From assembly GCA_038208905.1 (NCBI GenBank), contig JBBQYG010000068.1:1-18638 (forward strand): a DNA stretch of 18,638 nucleotides, in the 5' to 3' direction. Source of the stretch: Candidatus Sumerlaeia bacterium. GTDB lineage: Bacteria > Sumerlaeota > Sumerlaeia > SLMS01. Position 1 is the first letter of the stretch; every line of letters starts with the position of its first letter. A model generated the notes under the pieces. That model saw only the letters and a program-made list of their open reading frames with translations, searched no databases and was not told the origin of the DNA. Shown here piece after piece: positions 14,297 through 18,638 of the stretch. A program made the position numbers and the translations under genes.

Positions 14297-16138
14297 CTAC
14301 TTCGACATGGCAACCCCGGCTGCGTTGGCGGCGCGCAGTTCCGGGGCAACGATGAATTCCCCGGCTTCCTTCATGCGCTTGAGTTCGCCGACGAAGGTGG
14401 CCAGGGAGCGCTCCTCGATCAGCTTGGTGCGCGCGATGGCGAGCAGTTCCTCCTCCTCCATGTTGGGGGCGGGGACTTCCTCGCTGACGTAGTAGCTCAC
14501 CACGTCGCCGCTGCGCAGCATCTGGGGCCGCGTGAATCCGCCCACCTGGAGTTCATCCCACTCCACGCCGAGTTCCAGCGGCGCGTTCTGGAAGGTGTAG
14601 GGGCCGCGCTTCTCGAAGCGCGTGCGCACGCGCTTGTCCGAGGGCTGGGAGAGATTGGTCACCACCTTGTCGGGATCCAGGAAGCCGCGGTCGCTGGCGA
14701 TCGACTGCCGGTCGCGGAGTTGCCCTGCGGCGTCCTCGATCATGTCGGCCATGTAGCCGCTCATCAGGATGCGCATCGCGTCGAGTTCCGCGCGGGAGAG
14801 CGCGCCCAGGTCCCGCACGCCGATGCTGAAGGCCCACACGATGCGGGCGGAGCTGGGGGCGATCTTCTCCCGGTTCTCCGCAAGATAGGCATCCACCTCC
14901 TCCGGCAACGGGTCGATCTCGGCGCGCTTGGCGCGTACATACGTCGCGCTCCGGTGGTTGGCCGCGCCCATTTCCAGCGCCCCGAGGTAGAAGGGATCCG
15001 ACGCGAGGCCGGCCTTCTCGATCTCCTGCGTCACCACCTCCCCCACCAGGATGTCGTGGGCCAGCGCGCCCACGGCCAGCTTGTTGGGCTTATCGGGGTC
15101 GCCGATCAGCTCCGGGTACATGGCCTTGAACTCGCCCAGCGTCAGGTTGAACTCGCGCACGCGGATGATGTCGGCGTCGTCGGGCATGAACTGGAACAGG
15201 CGCGCGCGGTTGATGCCGAAGGAGTCCGTGGCCTTTTCCGCGAGCAAGTATTCGAACTGCTGGGGCAGGAAGTTCGCCCTCAGGTCCGCCTCGATCCGCG
15301 GCAACACGGCCGAGAGCGGCTCGGGCTCCTTCTCCTCGCGCTCCACCACTTCGACCAGCACATAGCCGCCCGGCGTCAGGATCGGCGCGCTGATCTGGGT
15401 GCGGCCCAAGCGGAAGGCCTCCGTCACGATCTGGGGGTCGATATCGCGCGCATTGCGCTTCACTTCCAGCAGGCGTCCCGGCGGATCGACGAGGAGTTCC
15501 GGCGCTTCCGCCAGAAGCGGCTCCAGTCCGCCGCCGGTGGCCGCGCGCACGCGGAGTTCCTGGGCGCGGACGAGCGCCGCCTCGCGCTGCTCGCGCGTGG
15601 ACTCCGGCGGCACGGGAACGCGCAGGCGGCGCACCACCGCGATGGTCTCCTCGGTGAACTTCTCCGGCGACTGGGCGAAGTGGTACAGCAGGTCCTCGGG
15701 GAACACCCGCACCGTGCGGCGGACGACCTTGTCGGCCCACAGGATCCGCGCGGCCGGCGAGGCGTATATACGCGCGGCGCGCGAGGCGAACTCGATGTCC
15801 GAGGCGGTGGTCGAATCCGGCGCCTCGCGGGAACTCATCAGGAACTGCGCCTGGAGGTCCAGCACCTCGCGGACGCGGTTCTTTTCCTGCTCGGTAAGGT
15901 CCTTCCACCGCGTGGCGATCTGGGGATCCAGCAGGCGGGTAACGACCGAGTAGAGAAACAAATCGGCCTCGGTGATGCGGATGCCGGGGGCCTGGACAAG
16001 GACCGCGTCCCCGCCGCGGAAATCGGCGACGGAGATGCCCGGCGGGTTGGCGACGCCCGCGCGGGGGGCCGCCACAATGGAAACAGCGGCGGCGGCGAGA
16101 ACGGCGATGGCCGCGCGGATGGATCGAATCTGAATCAC
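14297..16138 (-). CDS. Secreted parvulin/SurA-PpiD-like foldase (PPIase-domain protein)
   Basis: GTG overlapping the upstream stop after an AAGGGAG SD; signal peptide; DLLYHFAQSPEKF, AFRLGRTQISAPILTPGGYVLVEVVERE, PLSAVLPRIEADL typical of rotamase-domain chaperones. Confidence 0.75.
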   Translation of the reverse strand: MIQIRSIRAAIAVLAAAAVSIVAAPRAGVANPPGISVADFRGGDAVLVQAPGIRITEADLFLYSVVTRLLDPQIATRWKDLTEQEKNRVREVLDLQAQFLMSSREAPDSTTASDIEFASRAARIYASPAARILWADKVVRRTVRVFPEDLLYHFAQSPEKFTEETIAVVRRLRVPVPPESTREQREAALVRAQELRVRAATGGGLEPLLAEAPELLVDPPGRLLEVKRNARDIDPQIVTEAFRLGRTQISAPILTPGGYVLVEVVEREEKEPEPLSAVLPRIEADLRANFLPQQFEYLLAEKATDSFGINRARLFQFMPDDADIIRVREFNLTLGEFKAMYPELIGDPDKPNKLAVGALAHDILVGEVVTQEIEKAGLASDPFYLGALEMGAANHRSATYVRAKRAEIDPLPEEVDAYLAENREKIAPSSARIVWAFSIGVRDLGALSRAELDAMRILMSGYMADMIEDAAGQLRDRQSIASDRGFLDPDKVVTNLSQPSDKRVRTRFEKRGPYTFQNAPLELGVEWDELQVGGFTRPQMLRSGDVVSYYVSEEVPAPNMEEEELLAIARTKLIEERSLATFVGELKRMKEAGEFIVAPELRAANAAGVAMSK

Positions 16139-17568
16139 GGGCTGGCTCCCTTGAGCTTGCGAATGAACTTCGAGAGGATCGTGGGCGGCTCGCCGCCCCC
16201 GTGTGTTGCCTCCGCGCGGTCCAGCCCCGCGAAGGGTTGCTCCATGGCCGCGCGGCGCAGAACCCACGCCCGCATTGCGGACGCCGAATCCGCCGCGTCC
16301 CCGGTGTCGCGGGCAGGCGCCGGAGCGGCCACCCATGCGAGGAACGACGCCAAGGTCGCCTCCGGCGCGAAATCGCGCAGGGCGGCCCGCCGGGCCCGCG
16401 CGGCACGCTCCTGCCATGCCCCGGAATCGCGCGCGGATTCAACCAGAACATCCGCCAAGCCCGCCGCGTCGCCAAGGGGAACCACCGCACCCAGGCCGTG
16501 GCGCTCGATCCACTCGGCGATTTCCGTCCCCCGCGTTGTGATCACTGGCAGGCCCGCCCCCATCATGTTCGTCAGGCGGTTTCGCGCCCCAAAGCGCGTT
16601 TCCGTGTTGGCGCCGTCGATGTTGATACCCACATGGGCCGTCGCGTGGAGATCCAGCACATGGCGGAAGTCGATCCATCCCAGCGCATGGACCCGGTCGG
16701 CGGGGAGATCGGCGGCCAGCGACTGAAACAGCGCGTGGGTGGCCTCGTCATGGCCCACGATGGCACCGCCGGTGGCCACAAAGTGGAGGCTGGGCTCCGA
16801 CTCCATCGCGCGCTTCAACGCATCGCGAAGGAGCGGTATATCCGTCCACGAATTGAAGCCGCCCGACCACAGCACCACCCGGGCGCCGGGAGGCACGCGA
16901 CCCTTCAGAACCGGAGCAAGACCGGCACGCCGCTCCAGCCGCGCATAGTCAGGATAGACCGCGTTGGCCACGGAAACGGCCATCTCCTCCGCAAAGAGGG
17001 AACCGGTCAAGCGCCCGATCATCGCCAGCTCACCGTAAAGTGCGTAGGCTTGTCGATCCGTCACCGTGGAGAAGCGATCCGCCGCCAGAAGCGTCAGGGC
17101 CTCCATGCGCCAGAAGTGGCTGTATGACCCCTTGTTCCCCGCCGCCACCGCCACTTGAGCCTCCGCCATCGTCCACCCGTTTAGGTCCGCCCACAGCGGG
17201 CGCCCCATCCGGGGATTCTGGAGCATCCTCAGCCACGACAGCAGGTAGGCCGGATAGGCGTTGATACCCACCAGCGCGTCCGGGCGGGAGCGCTCGATGT
17301 ACTCGGCAATCACCGGCAGGATGCGGTTCTGATCGTTGCTAAGGAGCCGCGTATACCGGAAGCCCTGATAGTCGGCGTTCTCGGCGGGGGGATCCACCTC
17401 GTCCCGGGTCGTTCCGGGAATCGGCACCGTCATCAGGTGGACTTCATAGTCCTCGTGCCGGGCCAGCAACGGGGCCGCGAAGTGCCACGTGCGCAGGCAC
17501 TGGCCGCTCATCACCGTGGCGCCGTCCTCCAGAAGGGGCCCCGTGCCGAGGAGGAAAAGCCGCCTCAC
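16135..17568 (-). CDS. Glycosyltransferase, GT-B fold (GT4-like)
   Basis: SD GGAGG plus GTG 17568 overlapping the upstream stop; VLWSGGFNSWTD, ETRFGARNRLTNMMGAGLPVITT, GAVVPLGDAAGLA. Confidence 0.88.
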   Translation of the reverse strand: MRRLFLLGTGPLLEDGATVMSGQCLRTWHFAAPLLARHEDYEVHLMTVPIPGTTRDEVDPPAENADYQGFRYTRLLSNDQNRILPVIAEYIERSRPDALVGINAYPAYLLSWLRMLQNPRMGRPLWADLNGWTMAEAQVAVAAGNKGSYSHFWRMEALTLLAADRFSTVTDRQAYALYGELAMIGRLTGSLFAEEMAVSVANAVYPDYARLERRAGLAPVLKGRVPPGARVVLWSGGFNSWTDIPLLRDALKRAMESEPSLHFVATGGAIVGHDEATHALFQSLAADLPADRVHALGWIDFRHVLDLHATAHVGINIDGANTETRFGARNRLTNMMGAGLPVITTRGTEIAEWIERHGLGAVVPLGDAAGLADVLVESARDSGAWQERAARARRAALRDFAPEATLASFLAWVAAPAPARDTGDAADSASAMRAWVLRRAAMEQPFAGLDRAEATHGGGEPPTILSKFIRKLKGASP

Positions 17569-18434
17569 CGGCGCCTCCACAAATCCGCGAGTTGGAACGG
17601 CGCCCATGCCCACGCCAGCGCACACGGCCACAGGTGCTCCCACGGCTGGTGGCCCACGATCCACTTGGCCTCCGCCCGAAGCGCCCGCGCCATGCCCAGC
17701 GGCCCCCGGTTCTTGAGCAGATAGCGAATCCGGTTGCGGTGATACAGGCGCAGGAACCGCTGGCTCAGGCGCCCCGTCGTCTGGCTCTCGTGATGAACCA
17801 CCCGCGCGGCGGGAACCACCGCCAGCTCCCACCCGGCGCGACGCGCCGCCTCGCAGAAATCGACCTCTTCGAAATAGATCGGGAAATAGCCCTGATCCAG
17901 AAGCCCCACCTGGGCCATCACCTCCCGCCGGATCGCGATGGCGGCGCCCGTCACATAGTCGCAGGGAATGACCTGATCCGGCGCGGCGTCCTTCGATTCC
18001 TCGCCCCACGCCAAGTGATCCGTCAGCCCGTTGGCGTGAACCACGGCGCCAAGATGCTGCACGCGGCCCCCCTCGCCGGGATACAGCAACTGACACCCCG
18101 CCACGCCCAGCCGCGGGTTCGCCGCGAACGCCTGAGCCAGCGGCGCCAGCCAGCCGGGCTCCGGCTCCGTGTCGTCGTTCAACAGCACCACCACATCGCC
18201 CGTGGCGTTCACAATGCCCAGGTTATTGCCACCCGCAAAGCCCAGGTTCCGCGGAGACCGGATGCACCCCACCGCCGGCCAGCACCGCGCCACATGACCC
18301 GACAGGCCGTCAGTGCTCCCATTGTCCACCACGATCACCTCCCCCGGAGCCGGGTCACACGCCGCCAACGCCCGCAACGGCATATCAATCCGCGCGCGGC
18401 CGTTGAGGGAGACGATGATGACGGAGACGTTCAT
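17565..18434 (-). CDS. Glycosyltransferase family 2
   Basis: VSVIIVSLN, IVVDNGSTDG, NLGFAGGNNLG, LLNDD, VTGAAIAIRR, YFEEVDFC. Confidence 0.95.
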   Translation of the reverse strand: MNVSVIIVSLNGRARIDMPLRALAACDPAPGEVIVVDNGSTDGLSGHVARCWPAVGCIRSPRNLGFAGGNNLGIVNATGDVVVLLNDDTEPEPGWLAPLAQAFAANPRLGVAGCQLLYPGEGGRVQHLGAVVHANGLTDHLAWGEESKDAAPDQVIPCDYVTGAAIAIRREVMAQVGLLDQGYFPIYFEEVDFCEAARRAGWELAVVPAARVVHHESQTTGRLSQRFLRLYHRNRIRYLLKNRGPLGMARALRAEAKWIVGHQPWEHLWPCALAWAWAPFQLADLWRRR

Positions 18435-18440
18435 GCCGCG

Positions 18441-18470
18441 AGCGTGGGGGAAGGGCGGGGGGAGACGCAA
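18441..18470 (-). promoter_or_regulatory. Possible sigma70 promoter giving a leaderless GT2 mRNA
   Basis: TTGCGT, 18-nt spacer, CACGCT, then 6 nt to ATG 18434; no SD present. Confidence 0.35.
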
Positions 18471-18507
18471 GGGGGGCGGGGTGGTTGGAATCTGGGTACA
18501 CAGAACG

Positions 18508-18638
18508 ATGAGTGAACCGGAAAAGCTGATCCCTCCGTATGGCGGCTACCGGAAGCTGAACAGCTTTCAGTGGCTCAACCCGCGTATGACGTGACGGTTA
18601 GGTTTTGCGACCGCTACGTTGAAAAGCGCAGCCGCACC
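18508..18638 (+). pseudogene. Four-helix-bundle (suffix-domain type) protein, 5' part, frameshifted; runs off window
   Basis: MSEPEKLIPPYGGYRKLNSFQ, then after a -1 shift at 18570 VAQPAYDVTVRFCDRYVEKRSRT, matching the family N-terminus (PHGGYRKLKSFQ...YD-x-TVRFC-x-R...RSRT). Confidence 0.75.

Noticed and set aside
14117-16726. Long antisense ORFs (869 aa here; also 1245-2288, 4903-6108, 7322-8518)
   Set aside because: Shadow frames opposite well-supported genes in high-GC DNA.

Overview
High-GC diderm bacterial DNA (lipid A genes present). The lineage is not determinable from sequence alone, but gene content and repeat style look non-gammaproteobacterial (inference). Coding content: 3' end of a HAD hydrolase, a secreted GH5 endoglycanase, DUF309 plus a hypothetical gene, type II NADH dehydrogenase, a 4-oxalocrotonate tautomerase (and an inverted, amber-interrupted second copy), moeB, rex, a skp-lpxC-fabZ-lpxI cluster lacking lpxD/lpxA, a Spy/CpxP-like periplasmic protein, and a GT2-GT4-parvulin-like operon. 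Several genes are decayed: a collapsed toxin-antitoxin pair, a GH2 beta-mannosidase reduced to its fused termini, and a frameshifted four-helix-bundle gene. Intergenic spaces hold REP/MITE-like elements and G-rich tandem repeats. The most striking unexplained signal is at 228-716: three 16-bp enhancer-like palindromes, a sigma54 -24/-12 promoter, and a ~270-nt structured transcript with no credible ORF that carries 18 GGA motifs, many in hairpin loops. This is a candidate sigma54-controlled protein- or RNA-sponge sRNA.
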